Shown: positions 28,418 to 40,972 of the stretch, one piece after another
How positions within the stretch are numbered: the stretch's first letter is position 1
Layout: the number at the start of each line of letters is the position of its first letter
Assembly: GCA_951406725.2 (NCBI GenBank)
Contig: OX597815.1
Span: 80,724,001 to 80,788,000, forward strand
Direction: 5' to 3'
DNA from: Octopus vulgaris
Taxonomy: Eukaryota
DNA: 64,000 bases
Notes under the pieces: generated by a model
Databases searched by the model: none
Told to the model about the DNA's origin: nothing
What the model saw: only the letters and a program-made list of their open reading frames with translations
Program-made: the position numbers and the translations under genes

Positions 28418-30179
28418 CAATCAGCATCACCCCCACCTCACCACCACTACCACCTACACCACCACCACAACCACAATCACAACCACAATCTTGACTAGCA
28501 CTAACCCTAAACCTAACCACCAACAACACCACCATCAATGCCACCACCCCAACGATCACGATGATGATGATGATGATTATGACGACGACGACAACGATGG
28601 TGACGACGACGATGGCAACAATGTTGACGACGACGACGACAACGATAATGATGATGATGATGATGATGATGATACTCTACATCGTCTTTGCCTTCATCTT
28701 TCTTTTGTTCGCATGTGGCAGGACCGGCTGAGCGCCTGATTAAACGCCTTACAAGTATTTAGTTTCTTTCCTCGACACTCTGAATTCAGATTCTTCTAGA
28801 ACCGACTTTCCACCTTTTATCACACACTGATGTCAATAAAATAACTACCGGATATATCCTCGACTGCGCCTCTTTTTTTCCTTCTCCACCAACTCCACAC
28901 TACAAAAAAAAAAACGATGTTATGATCTTCGTCAAAGCTTGAAACTTTTATTGATTTATTATTCATATTTGATTGCTGGTTTTCATCGTCTTTCCTCCAG
29001 TCTGTAATAGTACGAATATTAATTGCGTAGTTAAAAACTATCACATGACGACTGTCTGCTGTTTTATTATTATTATTATTATTATTTTTTTTGTATCTAA
29101 TAAGAATATTAAATGCGTATACTCTATACACCTTCTTCTTTACTCTTTGATGTAAATTCTAAATTTTCAAACCCGCCTCAACTTAATCTGGAAGGGATTG
29201 TCTCTTCTATAATAGTTGACCACCAGGGTACACCATGTATTTGAACGAACACAAATTATCATTTAGTTATATTCTGATAAAAGATTGAAATAATGTGAGA
29301 ACATATTCACTGTCTGTACACTTGTGGTTATGAACATCTCTAAAAAGACGTTCGATTCGATTTAGTCTAAACATTATGGAAGCTTTAAACAACGTATATG
29401 GCTACAGATAACTTTAAAAATTGCTGTCAGCATAAAACCGAGTTGAATAAAGAAAGATGGGTTATTACCGTAAATTTTCGCCTTTAGTCATCGCAATCTG
29501 ATTTTTAAAAAAAATTATATTTAATCCGTTTCTTCACAGATATCTACGTTTGTGTTTGTCTCTTGTTTCCTGTATGCTATACGGGTGTTCGACAAATCTT
29601 CCTCAAGAGGACCATACGTCATATGCAGTCACTACATTGTATTCGTGGAGATGGAATTTTAATCACAACTTCCATGTTCATATACATAAAAGAAGATATC
29701 ACGTGGAAGTATAATTCGGAGATATAAACCAATATTTTACTGAATTTCAATTCAATTCCACTTGCAGAGAAAGATAATTAAGACAGACTACGAGATTTAT
29801 TTTTCCTCCATTTAACTCAGAAAATCTGAAATAATTGCCGAGTCCAGTGAACTGTTGAGATCGATGGAGAGACTGTGATGTTGTTCAACGTCAAGGGTAA
29901 GGTTTTTAAATCTCAGTAAATTGATTAACACGGTATCACTCTTCATTTTCAGATGTAACCTCTTCACTGTTACTTAAATAAAACTCGGTGCGAGATAGAA
30001 TCAGGGAAACCACAGCTGTTTAATTTCTCTCTCCCTATAAATGCTGAGCTATGTCCATCGTCTAAAGAAAGCATTATGAGGAATAATTTACGAAAAGAGA
30101 TAAGCTTTTGCTAGGTTCAGTACAGCATTTCAACTCTATTTCACTTTGCAATCATATTACTTGACTTACATCCTTAATA

Positions 30180-30990
30180 ATAAACACCCAAAATTTACAT
30201 TGTAGTAGCCTTGACATTCACGCAGACGAATTGAGTCGGTTCCACCAAGTGAATTTACTGCATCACGAACGGGAACAGACCACACCGACATCGCAAACGT
30301 CATACGCGTAGATTGTAAACCAGTTGCAATTCCAACGGTGGACGACAAACACATCAGGACCAGATATGTATTCAAGAGTCTACTTGATTGTATCAATTCT
30401 CATTTCCGGCCGTTCATTTTGCCATTTTCGCCATTCAAGTACGATCGCTTCAAGTGTAAGTTTTCTGTCTGGATAATGTGCGTAACCAAATTAAGATTTT
30501 GAGCAAGAGCTGCTGAAAGAAGTCCATCTGACAGCAAGATGTCACCATCAATGATTTGGACTACGCCGACAATCTCTCAATAATTACCGACAGATACGTA
30601 GATGTCCAGCGGGTTCCACGCCGTAGTGTGTACTACCCTCATGTTGGCATACAAATCAACGCGGCCGACAGAAAAGTTACATCTGCTTGCATTTCATCTT
30701 CTGAAAAGATTCCTTTCATATTCGGTGCCAAAATTCAGGAAGAGGTATCTCAATTCAAACAATTCTGTGCTACTTTCATAGTTATATGGCCAGAATAAAT
30801 ATAAGATTTAAGTCTGTTTCAATCGTGCAGGTGATGCATTCTGGTGTCTTCAAAGCTGACTTTCATCTAAGTCAGAGATTTATGTAAAGGCAAAAATTCA
30901 CATCTACCTAGCATTTATGTGTTTGTACTATTCTGTTCCACAGCTGATAGACATGGTCAGTTGAGAGAGTTTGTGTTTGCCGATTGTTTG
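30180..30990 (+). mobile_element. RTE-clade LINE reverse transcriptase remnant
   Basis: 'INDLDYADNLSII...VGIQINAA..K...EEVSQFK...RAGDAF..L...SEIYVKAKIHIY'. Boundaries approximate. Confidence 0.7.
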
Positions 30991-31023
30991 TGCATTTTTA
31001 TATTATATTGGATGTTTTATCTT

Positions 31024-31105
31024 CAGCTAGCAGGCCTCTGCTACTCTAGACCGATGATGGGCAAAGACCCTGAAACATGCGTGTCTCTAGATGCAGGCCT
31101 AGCTG
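31024..31105 (+). ncRNA. Extended type I hammerhead ribozyme motif (U4C core variant)
   Basis: UCUAGA-CCGAUGA-UGGG-CAAAGA-CCCU-GAAA-CA-UGCG-UG-UC|UCUAGA. Stem I extends through bulges to CAGCUAG/CUAGCUG. Confidence 0.75.
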
Positions 31106-32230
31106 TTGGGGGTATTTGTCTCCCCTTCGTAAATATATAAGGACACAGGAAATGTGTCAAGGCCGACAGGAAGAGTCGATGCTTCATTGGGCTAAACAGC
31201 GGTGGTGTAATTCCCTTACTGTCACGTTAAGTTGACAGTATACAACCACTATATCGCTCCACCACCGTACATATCTCTATGAGATATTTAGAAATTAATA
31301 TTTCTGATTTTTATATTAAATTGTCTCACTATTCTTATTCAACAATTCCAATTATAGCACATTCGGTGCCATTGATGGGATACAACCAATTTCTGGTCCC
31401 AGCCCTTTTACCTACGAAAGTTAATGATTTTGAAAAGTGGCAAAATATCACAAATAAATACTCCCATTTTCCGCTTTTTCCACTATATGTCTGGTAAAAA
31501 AATAAAAAGAACACAAAATTTACATTTTCGCTTCCATTGTTTAGTACAGAAGAAAGATAACTGACCACGGTATTCGTATGCTCTCTATAATTGGTGTACT
31601 TGATTATTTTGATGTTTAGTTTGAACATCTGGGAGTGAACGCCTGTAGAAAAAACGTGGGCACGGGAGGGATTTCCAGAGGGATGACGTTCTGAGAAAGA
31701 AGAGTTAAGGAAAAGGGTTAATTGGAGCGTAGACAGTGAAAGAGAGAACGGTTAAGGAGGAGAGATTTGCACTGGATACGGGGTGTTATGCGGCTGGTTA
31801 GTTCGGGACGCAAAGACCGTTGAAATAACAAAACACTTTCCTAATACTGACCGAATCGATAGAATGAGGAGAGAACGTATATGTGAACTGCTGCATAACA
31901 TAAAGTTCCAGGAGGGTTGAGTTTGTATATTAACGTTACGCTAATATCATTGGAAAATGTCCTAAGGGAATATCCAGTAGAAAGGCTTATTTTCCCACTA
32001 CGTATAAAATGCGGTTTCTGTTTTGATTTATGCCAACAAAAAGCTACAAATACGTCCGCTTTAATAGATTAATTTTGGGGACTGCCCCAACGACAAAGAA
32101 TTCTTTCACAGCTACGAGGCCCAGACTTATGCTTCTATTACAACTTCAGTAACTTCAGAAGCATTTCGCTTTAAAATCTGCACTTTGATCACTAAACTGA
32201 TACACATACACACGCACACACGTAGTAGCG

Positions 32231-32281
<51 letters not shown>

Positions 32282-32487
32282 ACACACGCACACGCACACA
32301 CGCACACTCAGACTTGCATATAAACATACCTATATACACACGAATATGTGCGTCGGTGAATGGATCATTTAATCCACCGCACATACACCTATGTCATGAA
32401 ATCAAATCTACGTAATAACAGTAAATGGAGATGGGCAATAATCAAATAATAATACTGTCTTGTGCATGTGTGCAAATATGTGCGTGC

Positions 32488-32537
<50 letters not shown>

Positions 32538-32851
32538 ATAAAACAATAACTCTCACTACAAAGGAAAAAAGAAACATTGAAATGACAACATAAAGAATAA
32601 TTGATACGAAATCAAAATATGATAAACTCTATGACCTTCATAGCTAGGTTTTGAAACAAACCTCGCTTTGTGTTTTGTATTTAGCACTGGAATTAAGAAA
32701 AGACAATATATAAATGTGCTTGTGTGTATGTGTGTCTGTATGTGTATGTGTGTCTGTATGTGTATGTGTTTCTGTATGTGTATGTGCGTTTGTGACAGCA
32801 CAAGTATATATTTGTGCATATGCATTTCTCTCCCGCTTTTCCCGTCCCCAT

Positions 32852-32929
<78 letters not shown>

Positions 32930-33023
32930 TAATTTATATATAGAGGGCATTATTATACATACATGCCACACGCTAAGAGGGACATTAGTCATTTCTACCA
33001 AAAATTTATATATATATAAAAGT

Positions 33024-33056
<33 letters not shown>

Positions 33057-33281
33057 GCAGAAAGAGAGAGAGAGAAGTAGACATACACAAATATGCATAC
33101 ATTATGCGTATATGACTGTATATGTGTATACACACACACGTATACACTCACAAATATATTTATATACAGACACACTCGTAATATTACGTACATGTATATG
33201 TGTATGTCAATATCATATGCATATACGTATCTGTATTTGTGTGTGCATATATATATATATATACATACATACATACATACA

Positions 33282-33317
<36 letters not shown>

Positions 33318-34128
33318 TATATTATATACATATTTCTATATATTATATACATATTTTATATTATATACTATTTTTATTATTTTATTATATTATTTTACTT
33401 TACTTCTTCACATGTTGGATTCTTACCATTATGGACTCTCTGAAGAAGCTTTGGGGGTCAATTATTGTCCAACCTATGTCCAGTTTTTGCTCAACCTTTA
33501 AACAATTTCTCTATAATACTGGTATGATGTGCAAACCTTGGCAAGTTGGACACTCCCAAAGAAGAAACAGATGTAAGAGTATAGTATTATTCACTCATTT
33601 ATTCTTATTCATTTATTTATTTATTTATTTATTTATTATTTTATTTATTTATTTTTTATTTACTTGTTTATTTACTTATTTACTTATATATATATATATA
33701 TGATTGTAATTAATTAATAGATCCAAATGAAGGTTTGCAGGTTGATGTTTGTTGACTGATTATCTTCTCCATTTTCTTCCTTATAAATTCTTCTTTATAA
33801 AATTCTTCTTTATAAATTCTGGGTAAATTCATGTTTACCCCCACTCATGCCTATTATTCAATTGCGCTACTACCCTACAACAGTAAGCATTTGGATATAA
33901 ATACGTAGGTATACATCCAGTAGCACATTGGATATTTATTATCCCTTAGATGGTTGCTTAACCTATAACTCATACCGACGTATATTATATACATATATTT
34001 ATTATATATAGATATATGTATATATATATATATATATATTATATACACACACATACATGTATATATACACACACACAGTGCTGATATCTCTGATTTGTTA
34101 ATGTTAGGCCTAACCTTAGTATTGTGTT

Positions 34129-34227
34129 CTAGGGAAAAGTTTGATAGGATATCAATATATCGGCCAATATATTTATTGCCTTTTGGTGAGTGAAATTTGA
34201 TTTATTCCTTACTAAGGATTCTTCGGT

Positions 34228-34296
<69 letters not shown>

Positions 34297-35075
34297 GTTA
34301 TTATTATTATTATTAGTGAAGAATTCCACAAGTCGCAACTTACGACAGAATTTTTGGATTTCTTCCTTTAGTTCATGGTGGTTGACTGTTGGTGTAGGTG
34401 TAAATTTCAGGCATTTTAACAGGAGTTGGATTTCATCCTTGTCAAGATTAATTATTTTAGAATCTATATGTCTAGTTGTTCTGAGTATGCTTCCTCATGG
34501 AATGTTTCTTTCTCCGGTGTTTGTTGTCCTGACGTTAAAAAAAATGGATTTTTTTTCTTTTTGTGATATCTATTTTTGTTGTGTGTTAACTTGAAGTTTG
34601 TGTTTTGGTTGTGTTATTTTACCTGGCTTTGTTATGTTTTCTGTCCTATTTTGGGAATTATACCTCTTATTTTTCAATTTATTGTTAGTATTAATTTTAA
34701 TGATCTGAGAGAATGATCTAGGTTTGTTTCGGTTCAAGAGCGGTTTTTTGCCCACTTTTGTAGATAGTCTTTGTTTATGTGTTGAAAATGATCTATTATT
34801 TTTACTTCTAATAACCTGATCAAAATAATATTTATCTTATGTTTTTTGTTTATATTGTGTTCATTAGGGTGATTGCGTAGAAAAATGGAAGGGTTCTTAC
34901 CGTTGTTCCTTTTTAACTCATGGTGGAATGAGCGTTCATGTTGCCTCATATTCTGGCTTTTGTTACGTTGGTGAGATTGTTCTCTTTTACTGATATCTCT
35001 CTGGGTTTCATAGATTTACCGTAATTGGTAATATTTATCGAGGAACAATTGTTTCTGCTGCCATAATTCTCTTGA
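34129..35075 (-). mobile_element. Penelope-like element ORF N-terminal remnant
   Basis: 'IINLDKDEIQLLLKCLKFTPTPTVNHHELKEEIQKFCRKLRLVEFFT-(N)n-ETEESLVRNKSNFT' matches the PLE motif L..GL.F.PTP...F.R.LRL...F. Confidence 0.75.
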
Positions 35076-35372
35076 TTTGCTCTCTTCTATATATAATTGT
35101 TAAAAAGGACAACAAACGTTAAGGCAAACGTAGAGGACTTGAGATGCTTGTATTGCCTTAACTTTTATTGTCCTCTTTAACAATTATATATATCCGCTGT
35201 ATCGGAAATCTACAATGGTTCCATAACTCACATCTCGGCCATAACCTTGGAGCCCTGGTATTCCGTTAAACCACTTACCCGGCGTACCTAGTCGTTTAGA
35301 TCACCTGTGAACTAAACCCCCATGTTTTGTATATATATACATACAAAATTAACTTATATTAAGTTATATATA

Positions 35373-35801
35373 ACTCTTTTACTCTTTTACTCTTTTACTT
35401 GTTTCAGTCATTTGACTGCGGCCATGCTGGAGCACCGCATTTAATCGAGCAACTCAACCCCTGGACGTATTCTTTTGTAAGCCCAGTACTTATTCTATCG
35501 GTCTCTTTTGCCGAACCGCTAAGTAACGGGGACATAAACAATATCGGTTGTCAAGCATCGGTTGTCAAGCAACGCGAGGGGGACAAACACAGACACACAA
35601 ACACACACATGCATAGATATATGTATATACATATATACGACGGGCTTCTTTTCAGTTTCCGTCTACCAAATCCACTCACAAGGCTTTGGTCGGCCCGAGG
35701 CTATAGTAGAGGACACTTGCCCAAGGTGCCACGCAGTGGGACTGAACCCGGAACCATGTGGTTGGTAAGCATGCTACTTACCACACAGCCACTCCTGCGC
35801 C
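35373..35801 (-). mobile_element. Full-length SINE family B
   Basis: Head GGCGCAGGAGTGGCTGTGTGGTAAG, B-box GGTTCAGTCCC and tail CAGTCAAATGACTGAAACAAGTAAAAGAG. Confidence 0.92.
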
Positions 35802-36404
35802 GTATATATTAACTTATATATAAGTAGATATAATTAAGAGGAATAAATTGATGAATATTTCCCTCATGAGGTTTTTTCAGGCTAACTACTTGATAAATTC
35901 TTATTAAGATTTTATCCTATTTTTCAATACAAAATTAACGGTATGACAAGGGAACAGGAAGTAAGTGATAATGAATTACGTGACAATGAAGTTGACTACG
36001 TAATTCATGCTCCTTTGTCATTCTATTAATTTCATTTTACGCTCTGTACTCATCTAACTCTTTATTCTGAAGCATATTTATATTGAGTTCTAACAGAAAC
36101 TTCTTAATATCGCTTTGTCAAAGCAAAATCATTTTACATACATGCATGCATACATACATACATACATACATACATACATACATACATACATACATGCATA
36201 CATATATTCTTTTACTCTTTTATGTTTCAACCCTAAGGCTGTGGCCATGCCGGAGCAGCGACAGTGTCATCGTCGTTTCAATGGCGAATGTCGTGTAATT
36301 GGCTTTTGGTGAAGGAGGGATTTCGACTCTGCTGCACACTTTTCATATACATTCATCTGGGACATTGAATAGCAAGAGGTGAAGCTGTTACTTGAAAACG
36401 TGTA

Positions 36405-36473
<69 letters not shown>

Positions 36474-36519
36474 TGTGTTGTGTGTGTGTTTGTGTGTGTG
36501 TGTGATGGCAGTCTCTTGT

Positions 36520-36775
36520 AGTCCGACAAAGACGGTTCTGCAATTTCTTGCTGAACAACCTGCACAATGACTTCCTTGCAGTGATCAAATGTTTTGTGCA
36601 ACACATTAGTTTACTCTCTTCATCTAAACGACGTTGCCACGCGTCAGGTGTTGAAGTGATTGCACAGTAACGTAAGATGAAGTGTCTGCTCAAGAACACC
36701 ACGCACCACCCGGTTCACGAAGTGAAGCCACGATCTTTCGATCGTGAGTACAACGCCCTAACCACTAGGCCAAAA
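36520..36775 (-). mobile_element. Degenerate tRNA-derived SINE
   Basis: Minus head TGGCCTAGTGGTTAGGGCGTTGTACTCACGATC followed by TTCTTGAGCAGACACTT. Confidence 0.65.
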
Positions 36776-38766
36776 CATTTTAGCATACTCATACTATACG
36801 TAGACCAGTACACTGTTGCTAATAGTTTCATAACGGACTCAATAACTCATGATACCTTTGGGAAACTTTGTCAGTATTTTATCGTCCGAAGATTGCTTGG
36901 ATTGTTAAGTATATCATGAAACTAACAGTAAGGATGTGTTGGTCTATATATTGACTCTAGGAGAATCAAAATGAAACTCTGAGTAACGATTCTCACAGAC
37001 TTAGCTTTGCACAAAAATTGTTCCACTCGACCTAGCAGTACCTTCTTACGTTTGGTTGCATTTCACACCAGCGTGATGCAATCAGCTGTTTCATATGTAT
37101 GCATGCATGTATATATGTATGTATGTATGTATCTATATATACAGAGAGAGATATATAGATATATAAATACATACATACGTACACATACATGTGCATACAT
37201 ACAAACACACACCACACCACACACCCCCAGAGAACAAAGCGAAAATGGAACAGGAAGTGCACATAGGGAACAAAAAGTAAGAGACGATTAGGACAAAAGA
37301 GGCAAGTAGAAAAGACAAAGAAGAGAGGCGAAGAGAGAGAGGGTGGGGTAAGTGAGAGATAGGGAGATGAGAAGACAATAAGAATAGAATTAAATACAAT
37401 AAATAAGAGATAAAGAGATAAAAGAAAACAGAATAGAGTGAGAAGAGGAAGAGCGAAGAATCGAATCGAAAGACTTTGAAAGATCTATCGAATTCTTTTA
37501 GATATGTAGAGGTAACCGAGGAGGAGGGCAAAACAAGAGTAAGAGAAGATTAGGAGAGAGGTATATCGTAAGGACAATAAAGAAATACGTGTAGAAGCAG
37601 CAACAGGAGGCTGTAGAGGGGTTGTGAGGAGAAAGGTAAAATTTACGAATGAGCAGACGTTAGAAGGGTGTGTAGGACAGAGAGGATTATTAATAAAGCT
37701 TGTGTTGACAATGTCCGACATCTTGCGATGATGGTGGAAGGAGGAGTAGGGACTGACAAGTCATTGTATGTGGCAAGACAAAACATAGCCGTCTTAATCC
37801 CATCAAATAACCAGGGATTTTTGAAAACCAAATATTATAACAAGGGGAATTGCACAAGAGGTTAAAACAAAAGCGAAAACTAAAAACAAAAATCTAAAAA
37901 CAAAAAACAATGAAAACGCTCACATAAAATCAATAAGCTAGAATGAGTGAGAATTAAGTTTCCGGTATGACACATGATGCGCCGACCTGTTTTTTTTTTT
38001 TTGTGTGTGTGTGCCTTTGTATAATGGAATTGTCTGTGCATGCGTGTGTATAAGTTCTTTTGTAACATCATGCCGGGTTGGTGGGAATATAACTAAATGC
38101 AAAAGAAGTTGAATTGCTAAGTTGGTGATGCCAATGCGAGAAGATTTATATCAAATACCATGCAACATAAATTCATTTAATAAAAATTTTCTCTGCCTCT
38201 AGAGAATGTATCATGAATAACAAAGTGGCAGTTATGAACTGCTGCTCTATATGAAACGGGGAATTAAGAATTCTCCGAATTTGACATACTAATAAGGAAA
38301 AAAATTACTTTATTGTCTGGGGGTAGAGAACAGTCGCTCGCGTTTCTACCTCAATAGAAATCATCGCAATAACAGTCATCCTCACCTATTTCCAGCAGCC
38401 AAGGGACTGAGACATAAACGGAGTTGAACATATTTGTGGTCTTGGAAATTTGCATGATTTAAACAAAAATGGGCCTAGAGAAATAAGTCAGTGTGGCCAG
38501 TGGCATGCATTTGTCGCCAGGCAATAAACCGGCGATTTTTTCTCAATGGGATACTAGCCTTGGAGAAATGTTGATTCATCAGATTATCTCCCCTTTTCAA
38601 ATGGAGCTTGTCTTAATTACCATAGTGTAATTATGACAAATCCTCTAGAACAGAAGATAATTTTAGTAAATTAAGAATTTATGTTGTATGGTATTTGATA
38701 TTCTGTATATATATATATATATATACATACTTACACACGCGCGTGCCCCCCACACACACACATGTG

Positions 38767-38829
<63 letters not shown>

Positions 38830-39742
38830 TAGCTTACTAGCTTCCCTATAGGGCGGTTTTTGAGCCAGCTCCTGCGGAGGGCTCTTCAGTGGGCGTTGGG
38901 CTTGACAATGACACTTCATGCATTGAGTACATATTAGATTTTATTAAACTTCAACAATATTTTTCAAGCAATGAACAATTTTCATCAAAACAATGATATA
39001 ATTTGTCGACTTAGAACTTATTGCAAACCTGCATGATCAACAACACTTTGTGTTTTCCCATTCGGGGGTCAGTACAATTTTTTTCTGTCTGTCTGTCTCT
39101 CCCTCTCTCTCTCTTTCTGTTGATTGTTTTCAACTATCAGCATCACTAGTGCCACCGCCATCGCCACCACAACTGCCATACACACACCATTCAAACTTCT
39201 GATGTCACCACCATCCCTACTTTTGACTTCACCGCCTTTCCCTCCACCACTGTCTTTCACATCACTTACTATCACCGTGATCCCTGACCGTCTTGGCCAC
39301 CACCACCACCACCACCATCATCATCACCGTCGCCTCCGTCTCTATCATTACTACAGTTCATACTACTACTATCACTCCATTACCATCGCAACCGTCAATC
39401 TACTACCGCCCTCACCGTCTCTATTACTTTCACCCCAGCCGGAGGAATAGTAGAAGTGTCATTGTGGGTCAAAGTGTGGCACACTAACACACAGAAATTC
39501 GTTTTGGCATTTCTTCTTATTATATATAAATGTAACCAAATGTGAATCGTTGGCGGCTTTTTTTTTCTCCGTCTTCCTTTTCTCTTGGACTTTCCTCCGT
39601 CTCTGACGAAGACCTTTGCTCGGGACGTAAAAACTACCTTTCTTTCCTTCCCTGAGCGTCTGCTAATACTTTGCATGTACCATGTCTTCGCGTTGTTGTT
39701 TTTTTCATGTGTTTGTAATTGTTTTTTTTTGGTGGGGGGATT

Positions 39743-39788
<46 letters not shown>

Positions 39789-39826
39789 GTTGAAAAAAGA
39801 TTAGAGATCTATACAAATCAAATTTT

Positions 39827-40487
39827 TATATATAAAAGATGGAGGTGGATATAGTACAGAAGTTAAGTTTAAAACATTACAATTTAAGAAGGAATTTAAT
39901 AAAAATGATTTTTAAGCTTCGATGAACTGGGCGCCACTGCATAGTGCCAAGGACTCCAAATTTGCCATCAAGATGTTGGACAAGATACTGCGATAGCCTG
40001 GGCTTCAGAGGTCCACAGCTCTTCAATATCCTCCCGAAGGACCTGAGAGACCTGCATGGGGTGGATGCAGATGTCTTCAAAATAAAGCTGGACCTCTTCC
40101 TGTCAGGTGTCCCAGATGAACAAACTTCACGGCAGGAGGTGCAGATGAGGGCAGCTGCATCAAACTCTCTCATGTACCAAATGTCAATTGGTAAGAAGCA
40201 TTCGTGAAGTAAAATCATGTAGCAACACCGAATGGCGGTGCCCTAGCATGGCCACAGCTTGTGAGCTGAAACTAGATGAAAATGAAAAAAAAATGAATGT
40301 TCTTGACCCCAGACAGAAGATAAACTGTTTTTTACCTCAAATGTTATAAATTTTTGCTGATATTTGATAAGATGAGATTCATTGAAACCGGTTATATTTT
40401 CTTTATATAATTTTTTATAATCACTTTTATTAAATTCCCTCTTAAATTGAAATGCCTTAGACTTACTTCTGTGCCATTTCCACCTCC

Positions 40488-40500
<13 letters not shown>
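39827..40500. mobile_element. TIR element (MITE-like, ~85-bp inverted arms) in a (TA)n context
   Basis: 39827-39912 (TATATAAAAGATGGAGGTGG...AATTTAATAAAAATGATT) is an imperfect inverted repeat of 40417-40500. Confidence 0.7.
39918..40292 (+). mobile_element. CR1-like LINE 3' fragment nested in the TIR element
   Basis: 'GRHCIVPRTP...YCDSLGFRGPQLFNILPKDLRDLHGVDADVFKIKLDLFLSGVPDEQ...AASNSL' with stop at 40207, then a 3' stem-loop and A-rich tail. Confidence 0.85.
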
Positions 40501-40557
<57 letters not shown>

Positions 40558-40574
40558 CACACACACACACACAC

Positions 40575-40619
<45 letters not shown>

Positions 40620-40620
<1 letters not shown>

Positions 40621-40972
40621 GGTAAAAGGGTAAAGACCCATTTCGGCCATGATTGACTATGAGATTGCACCTAGAAAGTTTCCCTTCAAAGCACAAGTCC
40701 GGAAAATGTTGTTTATTGAGGACCTGCAGTTGCCCATGTATACCAGCCTCCTCTCACCACACCACTGATGTTATTTATCCAAAGGAAAGACAAAGGCCGA
40801 TACAGCTTGGCACCAGTGTTATCGCAACTCATTTGTACAGATGAGAGAATTGGAGCAGCGTGAAATAAAGTGTTTTATTCAAGAATACAACATACAGCCC
40901 AGTCAGGGAATCGAACTCGCTACCTCATGGTTGTAAGTCCGACGCTCTAACCACTGAGTCATGCACCTTCAC
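40620..40972 (-). mobile_element. Full-length tRNA-derived SINE family C
   Basis: Minus head GAAGGTGCATGACTCAGTGGTTAGAGCG...GAGTTCGATTCCC; tail TTTACCCTTTTACC. Confidence 0.85.

Noticed and set aside
33440-33490. CTGAAGA near the PLE remnant
   Set aside because: No downstream GAAA or stem III.
38828-38900. Minus-strand CTGAAGA + GC-rich hairpin
   Set aside because: It is followed by TCAAAAAC rather than GAAA, and there is no stem I partner.
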